From an uncultured Bifidobacterium sp. (GTDB lineage Bacteria > Actinomycetota > Thermoleophilia > Gaiellales > F1-60-MAGs149), in the NCBI GenBank assembly GCA_964588635.1, contig CAZPQP010000003.1, positions 1 through 32,220 of the forward strand: a DNA stretch of 32,220 nt. Reading direction: 5' to 3'. Positions 32,067 through 32,220 of this stretch are shown here, piece by piece. The notes under the pieces were generated by a model. It was not told the origin of the DNA and searched no databases. It worked only from the letters and a program-made list of their open reading frames with translations. The number at the start of each line of letters is the position of its first letter. The stretch's first letter is position 1. The position numbers and the translations under genes were made by a program.

Positions 32067-32163
32067 GACGCAGCGTGATGCTGTCTGCCGACGTCATGTC
32101 GGGTGGCACATCACGCACTCTAAACAGCCAGAAGCCGGCGCTTGCGCCGAGTTTCGAAAGGCT

Positions 32164-32220
32164 TTCACGGAGAGTTTGATCCTGGCTCAGGACGAACGCT
32201 GGCGGCGTGCTTAACACATG
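32164..32220 (+). rRNA. rrs: 16S ribosomal RNA, 5' end only (continues beyond the window)
   Basis: AGAGTTTGATCCTGGCTCAGGACGAACGCTGGCGGCGTGCTTAACACATG is the universal 16S 5' region (27F primer site). The exact mature 5' end was not determined. Confidence 0.92.

Noticed and set aside
31732-32214. A 160-aa ORF and other small ORFs between tyrS and the 16S gene.
   Set aside because: They lie in the rRNA promoter/leader region and run into the 16S sequence itself. They show no coding-like codon bias or motifs.

Overview
This is a very GC-rich bacterial window that looks like Actinomycetota, possibly Thermoleophilia or Rubrobacteria (inference from gene order, protein style and the 16S 5' end). 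I did not compute GC content. Most of it is conserved housekeeping: rne(partial)-rplU-rpmA-obg-nadD-rsfS, tRNA-Ala(GGC), leuS-comEA-comEC-holA, tRNA-Cys(GCA), folD, gatCAB, ilvE, a class A PBP, tyrS, and the leader and first ~57 nt of a 16S rRNA gene. Between tRNA-Ala and leuS sits a ~7 kb block of accessory genes, all on the minus strand. In order of transcription it holds a bacteriorhodopsin-like microbial rhodopsin, two ABC ATPase/ABC-2 permease pairs, a Tat-signal Dyp-type peroxidase, an SbtA-like transporter and an SbtB-like PII protein. The strongest candidate for something new is the rhodopsin. It has a full retinal pocket and Schiff-base lysine, but Gly replaces the BR Asp96 proton donor (DTG triad). 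Upstream lies a tandem 37-bp repeat carrying two 26-bp palindromes, and a 17-bp-stem hairpin separates the rhodopsin from the ABC genes. A second notable point is that tyrS has both class I signature motifs degenerate (HIGH becomes TLGW, KMSKS becomes KMSQS). Smaller curiosities are a MurD-like orphan ligase coupled to a DCC-family protein, a PBP1A with three PASTA domains, and a ComEC without the beta-lactamase domain. I saw no CRISPR array, integrase, transposase or recognisable defence genes. All calls rest on reading the supplied translations and sequence and on motifs recalled from memory. No database search was run.
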